Assembly (NCBI GenBank): GCA_040386535.1
Contig: JAZKFH010000039.1
Span: forward strand, 1 to 64,000
Direction: 5' to 3'
DNA: 64,000 nt
Source of the DNA: Myxococcota bacterium
Lineage (GTDB): Bacteria > Myxococcota_A > UBA796 > SXON01
Made by a program: the position numbers and the translations under genes
Shown here: positions 48,601 to 57,374 of the stretch, in pieces
Layout of the letters: the number at the start of each line of letters is the position of its first letter
How positions within the stretch are numbered: the first letter of the stretch is position 1
Notes under the pieces: generated by a model
What the model saw: only the letters and a program-made list of their open reading frames with translations
What the model was told of the DNA's origin: nothing
Database searches by the model: none

Positions 48601-48986
48601 TCCCGCACACCCTCCCGATGCGCTTCCCCCTCTTCGGCGGCCCCCTCCAGTGGCGGGTGCGGCTCCCGGATGCCCACCCCCTCTGCGTCGACGGGGTGTA
48701 CCCGACCCTCGCGCTGATCGAGCTCGCCGCGCAGGCGGCGGGGTGGGCGGTGGTCGAAGCGCTCGCGTCCGAGGCCCGCGACGCGGGGTGTGAACCCGCG
48801 GCGCACGGCGGCATGTTGGTCGAGGTCGAGTCCGCTACGTGCGAGCGCCCGGTCGTCCCGGCCGGAGAGGTGCTCACCGTCGACGTGTTGCAGACCCGGG
48901 TGATGGGCGCGCTCCGCCGCTACATGGTCCACGTGCACGGGGTGCTCCGCGTGGGTGTCACCCTGCGGATCGGCGGGCCGTCGTGA
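48597..48986 (+). CDS. Hotdog-fold dehydratase (ApeP-like)
   Basis: IPH..PM, LIELAAQAAG, GMLV. Confidence 0.65.
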   Translation: MIPHTLPMRFPLFGGPLQWRVRLPDAHPLCVDGVYPTLALIELAAQAAGWAVVEALASEARDAGCEPAAHGGMLVEVESATCERPVVPAGEVLTVDVLQTRVMGALRRYMVHVHGVLRVGVTLRIGGPS

Positions 48987-51631
48987 TCGCGCTGCTCGCG
49001 ACGCTCGCGCTCGCCCAGGATCCGCCGGCATCGTCGGAGGCTCCCGCGCCTCCCCAGGAGGACCCTCCCCAGGAGGCTACCCCCGGCGAAACCGCCCCCC
49101 CGAAGCTCCTCGCCTCCGCCACGCCCGAGTACCCGGCCACCGCGATGGCCGAGCGGGTCACCGGCACCGTGGTCCTGCGCATCACGCTCGACGCCAACGG
49201 CGCGATCACGGGCGCCGACGTGATCCAGAGCGTGCGCGAGGACGTCGACACGGCCGCCGTCGCCGCCGCGCGGCAGCTCCGTTTCGCCCCCGCGCGCAAG
49301 GCCGGGATCCCCGCGCCCTCCACGCTCGACTACGCGTTCACCTTCACGCTCGGCGTGGGGGACGAGCAGGGCAACCCCGTCCCCGCCACCGTGCACCTGC
49401 ACGTCCTTGATGGCGACGGCCTCGACGTGCCCGGCGTGAAGGTGGTCCTGACGCCTTCGGGGGGCGGCGAGCCGCGCGTCTACACCACGGGAGAGGGCGG
49501 GCGGGTCCACGCCGCGTTCCTGCCCGCGGGCAAGTGGCAGCTCCGGATGGAGAAGGACGGCTTCACCCCGGCGGGCGCGGAGTTCGAGGTCACCAGCGGC
49601 GAGACCCGCTCGGCCGAGCTCACCCTCACGCCGGCCGGCCCCACCGAGGAGATCGTCGTCTGGGGGCTCGGGCAGCGCTGGCGCGACGTCGCACGCGCCC
49701 CCCGCGAGCCCGTGCTGGAGCCGATCACCGGCAGCTACACGCTCACCCGCCGAGACGTCGAGAGCACGCCCGGCGCGCTCGAAGACGTGACCCGGGCCGT
49801 CCACAAGCTCCCCGGCGTCGCGAGTGACGGCGACATGCTCGGCACCTTCTCCGTGCGCGGCGCCACCGCGGGGGAGGTCGTGTTCCTCCTCGACCGCGTG
49901 CCGCTCGACAACCCGTTCCACCTCGCCGGCTTCAACAGCATCTTCAACCCGGACATGCTCAAGGAGGTCAAGTTCTTCGCGGGCGCGGCCCCCGCGTCCT
50001 ACCCCACGTCCACCTCCGCGGTGATGGACGTGCACTCGTGGGACGGCGCCCCGCGTGACGACCGCGCCCGCGATCTCGACGGCGCCATCGACATCTCGAT
50101 GAGCACTGCGCGGCTCCTGCTGATGGGCCCGATCGGAAAGGGCGACGACCTGACCTTCGCGCTCGCGGCGCGCCGCTCCTACCTCGAGGCCTACTTCTGG
50201 GTGATGAAGCAGGTCGACCTGTTCGACACCGCCATCGCCGCCCCCGAGTACGACGAGCTCTCCGGCCGCCTCGCGTGGACGCCGGGCAAGCACAAGTTCC
50301 TGCTGACCCTGCTGCGCACGAGCGACCACCTCGCGATCGTGGACAGCGAGGACGACAGCATCGTCACCATCGACGGCACGTTCAAGCTCGACGATGTCGT
50401 GTACCTCGCCTCGCTCGACCACACCGTGGAGATGGGCAAGGCGACGTTGCAGACCACCGGCGCCTTCACCTACGACGAGTCGCACCTCGAGCGCGACTTC
50501 GGCGGCAAGGTCACGCGCGACGCGACGCGGACCCAGATCTTCGCCCGCACCGATCTGACGTTGCCCGCCGGGGACGCCCACACCTTCGCCTTCGGCGCCA
50601 CCGGGCAGCTCCGCCAGTACAAGACCGCGGGCCCCGTCGAGGACACCCGCGCGCGCCCGACGTGGGCCGCCGCGCCGCTGGGGGACTTCGGGCTCGGTCT
50701 CGTCGAGCTCGAGCAGCAGGACGCGTTGCCCCAGGCGGCGGTCTACGCCGAGCACTCCTGGGTCGGCCCCGTCCGTACGCGCCTCGGGGTCCGCGGCACC
50801 TACGTCGGCCGCTCGGGCGAGTTCCTGCCCGGCCCCTCCGTGGGCCTCTCGATGCCGCTCCCGACCGGCACCGTCCCGAAGATCAGCGCCGGCCTGTACC
50901 ACCACGTCGTCGAGGACCCCCTCGCGACCGATCCCGTGTTCGGCAACCCCGAGCTCGAAGCCGAGCGCTCGTGGCAGGCGGTGGTGGGCGTCGACCAGGC
51001 CCTCCCCATCGGAGACGGCGGGTTCGTGCGGGTCGAGGCCTACGTCGCGAAGCTCGAGAACCTCGTCGTGAACCCCGACAACCAGGACGCGGTCGACCGC
51101 GGCGTCACGTTCACGAACGACGGCACGGGCCGCAACATGGGCGTCGACGTGATGTTCGCCGCGCGCACCGAGCGCGTCCAGGTCGCGACGAACCTCTCGC
51201 TGCTCGACGCGAAGCGGGACAACCCGCTGAACGAGGTGTTCCAGGACGAGTACGTGCCCTCCCAGGCCCAGGCGGTCACCGCCGGCCTGTCGGTCGAGTA
51301 CCAGCTGACCCCCAAGTGGCGGCTCACCGGGCGCTACGATTTCCACAGCGGCCGCCCCGCCTCCTCCGTCGAGCCCGCGGGCGCCGACACGATCCAGCTC
51401 GCCGCGCTCAACGATCAGCGCCTGGGCGACTTCCACCAGCTCGACCTTCGCGTCGAGTGGCGCCATGCCACCCCGCGCCTGCGCTGGTCGGTGTACCTGG
51501 AGGTGCTCAACGTGTTGTACCTGAAGAACGATTTCCTCCCCACCGCCACGATGGTCGACGGCGAGCTCGTCGAGGGCATGTTCGAGCACCTCCCCACGCG
51601 GCCGTTCCTCGGCGTGCGTGCGGACTTCTGA
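48983..51631 (+). CDS. TonB-dependent receptor with N-terminal TonB_C and carboxypeptidase-regulatory-like domains
   Basis: PEYP..A....VTGTVVL...FAPA; plug LPGV...FSVRG...NPFH; barrel GNPELEAE, LDLRVE, terminal GVRADF. Confidence 0.88.
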   Translation: MIALLATLALAQDPPASSEAPAPPQEDPPQEATPGETAPPKLLASATPEYPATAMAERVTGTVVLRITLDANGAITGADVIQSVREDVDTAAVAAARQLRFAPARKAGIPAPSTLDYAFTFTLGVGDEQGNPVPATVHLHVLDGDGLDVPGVKVVLTPSGGGEPRVYTTGEGGRVHAAFLPAGKWQLRMEKDGFTPAGAEFEVTSGETRSAELTLTPAGPTEEIVVWGLGQRWRDVARAPREPVLEPITGSYTLTRRDVESTPGALEDVTRAVHKLPGVASDGDMLGTFSVRGATAGEVVFLLDRVPLDNPFHLAGFNSIFNPDMLKEVKFFAGAAPASYPTSTSAVMDVHSWDGAPRDDRARDLDGAIDISMSTARLLLMGPIGKGDDLTFALAARRSYLEAYFWVMKQVDLFDTAIAAPEYDELSGRLAWTPGKHKFLLTLLRTSDHLAIVDSEDDSIVTIDGTFKLDDVVYLASLDHTVEMGKATLQTTGAFTYDESHLERDFGGKVTRDATRTQIFARTDLTLPAGDAHTFAFGATGQLRQYKTAGPVEDTRARPTWAAAPLGDFGLGLVELEQQDALPQAAVYAEHSWVGPVRTRLGVRGTYVGRSGEFLPGPSVGLSMPLPTGTVPKISAGLYHHVVEDPLATDPVFGNPELEAERSWQAVVGVDQALPIGDGGFVRVEAYVAKLENLVVNPDNQDAVDRGVTFTNDGTGRNMGVDVMFAARTERVQVATNLSLLDAKRDNPLNEVFQDEYVPSQAQAVTAGLSVEYQLTPKWRLTGRYDFHSGRPASSVEPAGADTIQLAALNDQRLGDFHQLDLRVEWRHATPRLRWSVYLEVLNVLYLKNDFLPTATMVDGELVEGMFEHLPTRPFLGVRADF

Positions 51632-52743
51632 TGCGTTTTCCCGACTTCCCGGGGCACTTCGACGGCGATCCGCTGGTCCCCGGCGCGGCGCTGCTGGTCG
51701 AGGTCGAGCGGATCGCGGGCCGCCCGGTCGCCACGCTGGAGCGGGTGCGGTTCCTCGGGATGGTGCGCCCCGGCGAGGACGTGGACTTCACGGTCACGGT
51801 CGAGGGCGACCGCGCGCGCTTCCGGGCCACGCGCGACGGCGTGGAGGTCCTGCGGGGCGCCGCGCTCCTCGCGGCGATCGTCGATCCCGCCGAGGTCGCG
51901 CCCCGGCCGGTCCGCCTCGCGCCCACCCTCGCGCGGCCGATGTGGGGCGGCACCTCGCTCGCCGCCGAGATGGGCAAGGATCCCGACCCCGCGGCCCGCA
52001 TCGGCGAGAGCTGGGAGGTGTGGCGCGCCAACCGGGTGGCGGACGGCCGCCGGCTCGAGGAGGTCGTCGACTTTCCGCTCCTGGTCAAGCTCCTCGACGT
52101 GCGCGAGACCCTCTCCGTGCAGGTGCACCCCGACGACGCCGCCGCGGTGCGGATCGTGGGCGCCCCGCACGGCAAACACGAGGGCTGGGTCGTGCTCCGC
52201 GCGGAGCCGGGCGCCAGGGTGGCCTACGGGCTGAACCGCGCGATGGACACGCAAGAGCTGCGAAAGCGGGCGCTCTCTGGGGAGATCGAGGCCGACCTCG
52301 CCTGGCTCGAGGTCAAGGCGGGGGATGTCATCGACGTGCCCCCCGGCACCATCCACGCGATCGGCGGCGGCGTGCTCTTCTACGAGGTCCAACAACCCTG
52401 CGACCTGACGTGGCGCCTGTACGACTGGGGGCGCGGCCGCCCCCTCCACCTCGAAGAGGCGTTGGAGGTCGTCGCGTGCGCGCCCGTCGTCTCCGCCGCG
52501 GTCGTACGTCCGCTCGGGCCTGGGCGCGAGGAGCTGCTGGACGGCCCCCATTTTCACGTCGAACGCCTGCTTCTGCCGCAAGAGCGCCAGCTCGACGTAT
52601 GGGAAGCGCTGACCGTCGTGGAGGGCGAGCTGGAGGTGGCCGGTGAGCGCGTGGGCTTCGGCGGAACCGTGCTCCTTCCCCCCGGAGAATGGCGCTTGGA
52701 AGGCAACGGGATCGTGCTGGCGGCGCGGGGGCCGACCAGCTGA
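51631..52743 (+). CDS. ApeI/FabA-like dehydratase domain fused to type I phosphomannose isomerase
   Basis: FPGHFDGDPLVPG...VRFLGMVRPG; then WGG, GESW, FPLLVKLLD, LSVQVHPDD, KHEGW, PGTIHA, RLYDW. Confidence 0.85.
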   Translation: MRFPDFPGHFDGDPLVPGAALLVEVERIAGRPVATLERVRFLGMVRPGEDVDFTVTVEGDRARFRATRDGVEVLRGAALLAAIVDPAEVAPRPVRLAPTLARPMWGGTSLAAEMGKDPDPAARIGESWEVWRANRVADGRRLEEVVDFPLLVKLLDVRETLSVQVHPDDAAAVRIVGAPHGKHEGWVVLRAEPGARVAYGLNRAMDTQELRKRALSGEIEADLAWLEVKAGDVIDVPPGTIHAIGGGVLFYEVQQPCDLTWRLYDWGRGRPLHLEEALEVVACAPVVSAAVVRPLGPGREELLDGPHFHVERLLLPQERQLDVWEALTVVEGELEVAGERVGFGGTVLLPPGEWRLEGNGIVLAARGPTS

Positions 52744-52836
52744 CGAGGGGCGGGACGCGCGGCAAAGACCGGGCTCGACCTCCACCTTGCGGACGCGGGC
52801 CCGGCCGAGTAGCATGGGGGCGCCTCTGGAGGCACA

Positions 52837-54507
52837 TTGCCCCTCTTCGGTCTCGCGCTCGTCGCCGCCTTCCCTGCCGCCGCCGAGACCTGGGCGCCCG
52901 GCGAGACCATCGAGAAGGCGGCCTACGCCGACCTGACGCCCGAGGGCCTCAACGCCGTCGCGGCGCTCATCCCCGCGCTCCTGCCGTCCGGCATCGAGAT
53001 CCCGGACATGAACGACGAGGGCGGGTACTGGTGCTTCAACTACGCCTACGGCCTCGCTGGCGCGTGGGTGAACATCTCGGTCACGAACGCCACGATCACG
53101 CCCGGCAACGGCGTGCTCGACATCACCGCGAACCTGATGGTGTCGCTCAACGATCCGTCCGACACGTTCCAGCTCATGTACGAGCTCGCGTGCCTGGACG
53201 ACACGTGTGAGGGCTATGTCGACGCGTTCCCGGTCACCGTCGCGACGACCATGGCGCTCGAAGTGGTGGACGACGGCACGGGCGTCAACATGCTCGACGC
53301 CACGATCGGCGCCATCAACGTCTCGTACGACCTGGTGAACGAGGACATCCATCTCGACGGGTGCTCCGTCGGCGACATCGAGGAGGTGCTGAACTGGTTC
53401 GGCCTCTCGATGTACGACCTCATCCTCGGGCAGGTCGACACCTTCCTGCAGGACGCGATCGCCGACATCGGGCCCACCCTCGAGGAGACCATCGAGGAGG
53501 CGTTCGCCAGCGCCACGATCGTCCAAGAGCTCGACCTGAACGGCGCCGTCGTCCAGCTCTCGCTCCAGCCGAGCGACGTCGTCATCACGCCCGCCGGCGT
53601 GCGCGTGCAGATGTCGGGCTCGATGGCGGGCAGCGCCGCGCCGTGCGTCGCCGCGTACGACCCGGGCGGCTCGATCAAGACCCCCTCGTCGGCCCCCAAC
53701 CTCGGCGTCGTCCCGAGCAGCATCTCGGGTGACTTCCACGTCGGCCTCATCCTCTCGGACGATTTCACGAACCAGGCCCTCTACGCGCTCTGGCGCGGCG
53801 GCCTGCTCTGCTACACGCTCGAGCCCGGCGGCGCCTTCCCGCTCGACACCTCGATCCTGAACGTCCTGACCGGCAGCGTGTTCGCGGAGCTGTTCCCCGA
53901 GTCGCAGCCGATGGTCCTGCAGACCGCGCCGATGTCCCCGCCGACGACCAGCTTCGACGGCAGCCACGACATCGACGTGAACCTCGAGAACCTCGGCCTG
54001 GAGCTCTACACCCAGCTCGACGGGCGTGACACCAAGATCGTGACCGTGTCGCTCGAAGGCATCGTCGGAATGGACCTCGGGTTCGACGGCACCACCGGCG
54101 AGCTCGCGCTCGACGTGGACCTCGATCCCGCCGCGCTCACCCCGACCGTGACCTACAACGAGTTCTACCCCGAGGCCAACGAGGCCATCGTGGCGGGCTT
54201 CTCCGGCGCGTTCGGCGGCATCGTCGACAGCGTGGTCGGCGGGCTCCTCGAGGGCCTCGCCTTCGCGCTCCCGTCCTTCAGCGGCATCGGCCTGCTCGAC
54301 CTCGAAGCGGGCCCCGTCGGGGACAACGCCGACTGGCTCGGCGCCTTCGCGTGGGTCGGCCCCACGCCCTACGAGGCGTCCTCCGGCTGCGGCGAAGACG
54401 GCGGCTGCTCCAGCGAAGGCTGCAGCGGCGGCTGCTCGTCGAGCCCCGGCGGTGTCGGCCTCTGGCCGGCCCTCGGCCTGCTGCTCGTGTTGCGCCGCCG
54501 CCAGTAG
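52837..54507 (+). CDS. Secreted acidic protein with BPI/LBP-like motifs and a MYXO-CTERM-like sorting tail
   Basis: Signal peptide; LTPEGL...IEIPD; LILSDDFTNQALYALWRGGLL; tail GGCSS...LGLLLVLRRRQ. Confidence 0.7.
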   Translation: MPLFGLALVAAFPAAAETWAPGETIEKAAYADLTPEGLNAVAALIPALLPSGIEIPDMNDEGGYWCFNYAYGLAGAWVNISVTNATITPGNGVLDITANLMVSLNDPSDTFQLMYELACLDDTCEGYVDAFPVTVATTMALEVVDDGTGVNMLDATIGAINVSYDLVNEDIHLDGCSVGDIEEVLNWFGLSMYDLILGQVDTFLQDAIADIGPTLEETIEEAFASATIVQELDLNGAVVQLSLQPSDVVITPAGVRVQMSGSMAGSAAPCVAAYDPGGSIKTPSSAPNLGVVPSSISGDFHVGLILSDDFTNQALYALWRGGLLCYTLEPGGAFPLDTSILNVLTGSVFAELFPESQPMVLQTAPMSPPTTSFDGSHDIDVNLENLGLELYTQLDGRDTKIVTVSLEGIVGMDLGFDGTTGELALDVDLDPAALTPTVTYNEFYPEANEAIVAGFSGAFGGIVDSVVGGLLEGLAFALPSFSGIGLLDLEAGPVGDNADWLGAFAWVGPTPYEASSGCGEDGGCSSEGCSGGCSSSPGGVGLWPALGLLLVLRRRQ

Positions 54508-54525
54508 GGCAGGGGTCGGACGGCG

Positions 54526-55041
54526 CTACCGGAAGCGGACGCCGCCCGCGACCAGATCGAGGTCGACCTTGCCGGTGCGGAGGCGCCCCGGGGTGACCTT
54601 CCCCTCCACGTGCCACACCATGCCCTCGTTGCCGACGACATACGCCAGGATCCGCGGCGCGTCGGGATCCTCGGGGGTGCAGGTCGCGGCGAGCACCTCG
54701 GCGCGCACCTTCACGGCGCGGTAGCGCGCGGCGTCGATGAACGTCCACGTGCAGCCGGGGAGGGGGCGCGGCGTGAGCGTGTCGCCGCGGGTGCCCGCGA
54801 TCGTGACGGTCACGTCGCCCTCGGGATCCTGGAGCACCACGCGCACGTCGTTGCCGTCGGTCCCGGGCGTCGCGACCCAGCCGCGTGGGACGGCCACCGA
54901 GAGCGGGAACGTGCTGTCCACGTAGGTTTCGCTGATCACCCGGCCCGTCGGCACCGTGGTGACGGTAGGAGTCTCCACGAGGGGCGGCTGAGCCTCGGGG
55001 ACGAGCTTGGGGCAGCCCGCGAGGAGCAGCAGCAGCGTCAC
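54526..55041 (-). CDS. Lipoprotein of unknown function
   Basis: VTLLLLLAGC lipobox, SVAVPRGW; GTGA overlap with the upstream gene. Confidence 0.65.
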   Translation of the reverse strand: MTLLLLLAGCPKLVPEAQPPLVETPTVTTVPTGRVISETYVDSTFPLSVAVPRGWVATPGTDGNDVRVVLQDPEGDVTVTIAGTRGDTLTPRPLPGCTWTFIDAARYRAVKVRAEVLAATCTPEDPDAPRILAYVVGNEGMVWHVEGKVTPGRLRTGKVDLDLVAGGVRFR

Positions 55042-55811
55042 CGCCGCGGGTCTCGCGGGGCCAGCGCCCGCTGGTGATCCGGGCCGCCCCACAGCTCGGC
55101 GAAGACCTCCAGCTCCTCGGCGCGCCCGACCGGGGGCGTGGCCGCGCGCACCACCCGCTTGGCGCCACGGACGGCGGCGGCGGGGAGGGCGAGCAGCTCG
55201 CGCGCGAGGGCGTCCGCGCGGGCGTGCGGATCGGCGGCGAGCTCGTCCACGAGGCCGATGGCGTGGGCCTCCTCCGCGCCCAGCACCCGGGCGAAGGCGA
55301 GCACCTGGAGGGCGGCACGTGGCCCCACGCGCGCCACGAGTCGGCCGCCGCCGCCGAAGCCGGGCGACACCCCGAGGCGCGCGTGCACGAAGCCGATGCG
55401 CGCGTCGGGTGCGGACACCACGAGATCCGCGGTGGCGACAATCTCGGCGCCGCCGCCGAGCGCCGCGCCTTCCACGACCGCGATCACGATGGCGTCGAGC
55501 GCGGCGAGGCGGTCGAGCGTGCCCTGCATGAAGGCGCCGAACGCGCGGCCGGCGCCGGGCACCGCGAGGTGGGTGCGCACGGCGCCGAGGTTGCCGCCGG
55601 AGCAGAAGGTGGCGTGGGCCCCGGAGAGCACCACCACGGCGGCATCGCGGACGGTCTCCACCGCGTCGGCGAGGGCCACCATCATCGCGGGGTCGAGCGC
55701 GTTGCGGGAGGCGGCGTGGTCGATCCGGATGCTCGCGACCTCACCGGGCGTGACGACCACGCGGCCCGCGCCGGGCGGAAGGGTGGCGACGAGCGCGCGG
55801 AAGTCGGTCAA
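55038..55811 (-). CDS. Crotonase-family protein, ethyl/methylmalonyl-CoA decarboxylase-like
   Basis: RNAL, FCSGGNL, ALGGGAE, GFVHARLGVSPGFGG, C-terminal LWGGPDH. Confidence 0.8.
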   Translation of the reverse strand: MTDFRALVATLPPGAGRVVVTPGEVASIRIDHAASRNALDPAMMVALADAVETVRDAAVVVLSGAHATFCSGGNLGAVRTHLAVPGAGRAFGAFMQGTLDRLAALDAIVIAVVEGAALGGGAEIVATADLVVSAPDARIGFVHARLGVSPGFGGGGRLVARVGPRAALQVLAFARVLGAEEAHAIGLVDELAADPHARADALARELLALPAAAVRGAKRVVRAATPPVGRAEELEVFAELWGGPDHQRALAPRDPRR

Positions 55812-56761
55812 ACGCGCACGCGTCCGGCCGCCGCGCTCTCGGGGCGGACCCGGCCGGCGCGAAGGTCGGCGAGAAGGTCGGTCCCCGCGAGCCCGCGCCG
55901 CGCCTGCTCGCGCGCGGCCTCCCCCATGAGGTCCAGGTAGATGCGCACGCGGCCCTCGGCGCGGCGGGCGTCCCACGCGGTGCGTCCCGGGCCCACACAC
56001 CAGGCGCGGTGGGCCTCGAGGGAGGCGAGCGTCTCGTTCACGCCGCGGTCCTCGAGCGCCACGGAGGTGTGCACCGGGGCCTGCCAGCCGGGCCGGTCGT
56101 CGAGGTGCACGGCCTGCTCGAGATCCCGTTGCAGGTGGTCGGCGCCCGGGCGGTCCGCCTTGTTGACGCAGAACACGTCGGCGATCTCGAGCAGCCCGGC
56201 CTTCATCGTCTGCACGGAGTCGCCGCTCTCGGGGGTGAGCACCACGAGCACGGTGTCGGCCACCTCCATCACGGCGAGCTCGCCCTGGCCGACGCCCACG
56301 GTCTCCACCAACACACGGTCGAACCCGACGGCATCGAGCACGTCGACCGTCTGGCCGGCCGCGCGGGAGAGGCCGCCGAGGTGCCCGCGCGAGGCGAGCG
56401 AGCGCACGTACACGTTGGGGTCCTCCGCGTGCCGCTCCATGCGGATGCGGTCCCCCAGGATGGCGCCGCCGGACCAGGGCGACGAGGGATCGACCGCGAC
56501 CACGGCCACGCGCTCGCCGGCGGCGCGGGCGTGCTGGACCAGGCGGTCCACGAAGGTGCTCTTGCCGGCGCCCGGGGGGCCGGTGATGCCAGTGACGTGC
56601 GGCGCGCCGGGGGTGGTGAGGCGGCGCGGCGCGAGCGCGTCGAGCGCGTCCGACACGCCGGGCGCGCGCGCCTCGATCATCGAGATCAGCCGGGCGAGGG
56701 CGGGCCTGTCGCCCGCGCGAGCGCGGACCAGGAGCGAATGGACGGAGAGGGGAGCAGCCAC
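55808..56761 (-). CDS. meaB: Methylmalonyl-CoA mutase-associated GTPase MeaB/ArgK
   Basis: GITGPPGAGKST, AVDPSSPWSGGAILGDRIRM, ETVGVGQ, KAGLLEIAD, NKAD. Confidence 0.95.
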   Translation of the reverse strand: MAAPLSVHSLLVRARAGDRPALARLISMIEARAPGVSDALDALAPRRLTTPGAPHVTGITGPPGAGKSTFVDRLVQHARAAGERVAVVAVDPSSPWSGGAILGDRIRMERHAEDPNVYVRSLASRGHLGGLSRAAGQTVDVLDAVGFDRVLVETVGVGQGELAVMEVADTVLVVLTPESGDSVQTMKAGLLEIADVFCVNKADRPGADHLQRDLEQAVHLDDRPGWQAPVHTSVALEDRGVNETLASLEAHRAWCVGPGRTAWDARRAEGRVRIYLDLMGEAAREQARRGLAGTDLLADLRAGRVRPESAAAGRVRV

Positions 56762-56851
56762 GCCCCCCCGCTAACCCGACCCATCGGCCCACCCGGCCCC
56801 GCGTGCCACCTCCGGCTCCGCGGGATAGCCGTGCGGGCGGAAGGAGGCCGG

Positions 56852-57370
56852 ATGCGCGGACTTTTTGGTACGGGGCTGGCGGTGTCGAAGTGGGCGGGTC
56901 TGGCGTGCGTGGGCCTGCTCGCCGCGTGCGGCGGGGCGAGCGCGGACGTCACCGGGACCGCGGGCGGGGTCGACTTCGACAAGACGAAGTACGTCTTCTT
57001 CGGCGGTCCGTTCGTGATCATCTCCATGCTGGAAATCGACTGCGAGGACCTTGACTATGTGAAGCGCAACTACGAGATCGGGCAGGCCCCCACCGACTCG
57101 GAGACCAAGCTGCTTCAATTCTCGTACGACCCCGACGCCCTCGTCGAGGGCTCCTTCCCCGTCGCGATCGACGCGGCGATCTCCGCCTCCGTCGTGAGCG
57201 TCGCCGGCGGCGCCTTCTACGAGTCGATCGCGACCGGTGGCCTGTTCACCGTCGAGTCCATCTCGGAAGAGGACAGCGCCTCGGGCGTGTTCGAGGGCCT
57301 CCAGTTCGACGACGGGGCGCTCGACGGCAGCTTCGACGCGGTCTGGTGCCGCAACCTCAAGGCACGGTAG
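56852..57370 (+). CDS. Lipoprotein of unknown function
   Basis: LAAC lipobox, GGAGG RBS, terminal GSFDAVWC. Confidence 0.7.
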   Translation: MRGLFGTGLAVSKWAGLACVGLLAACGGASADVTGTAGGVDFDKTKYVFFGGPFVIISMLEIDCEDLDYVKRNYEIGQAPTDSETKLLQFSYDPDALVEGSFPVAIDAAISASVVSVAGGAFYESIATGGLFTVESISEEDSASGVFEGLQFDDGALDGSFDAVWCRNLKAR

Positions 57371-57374
57371 CACC

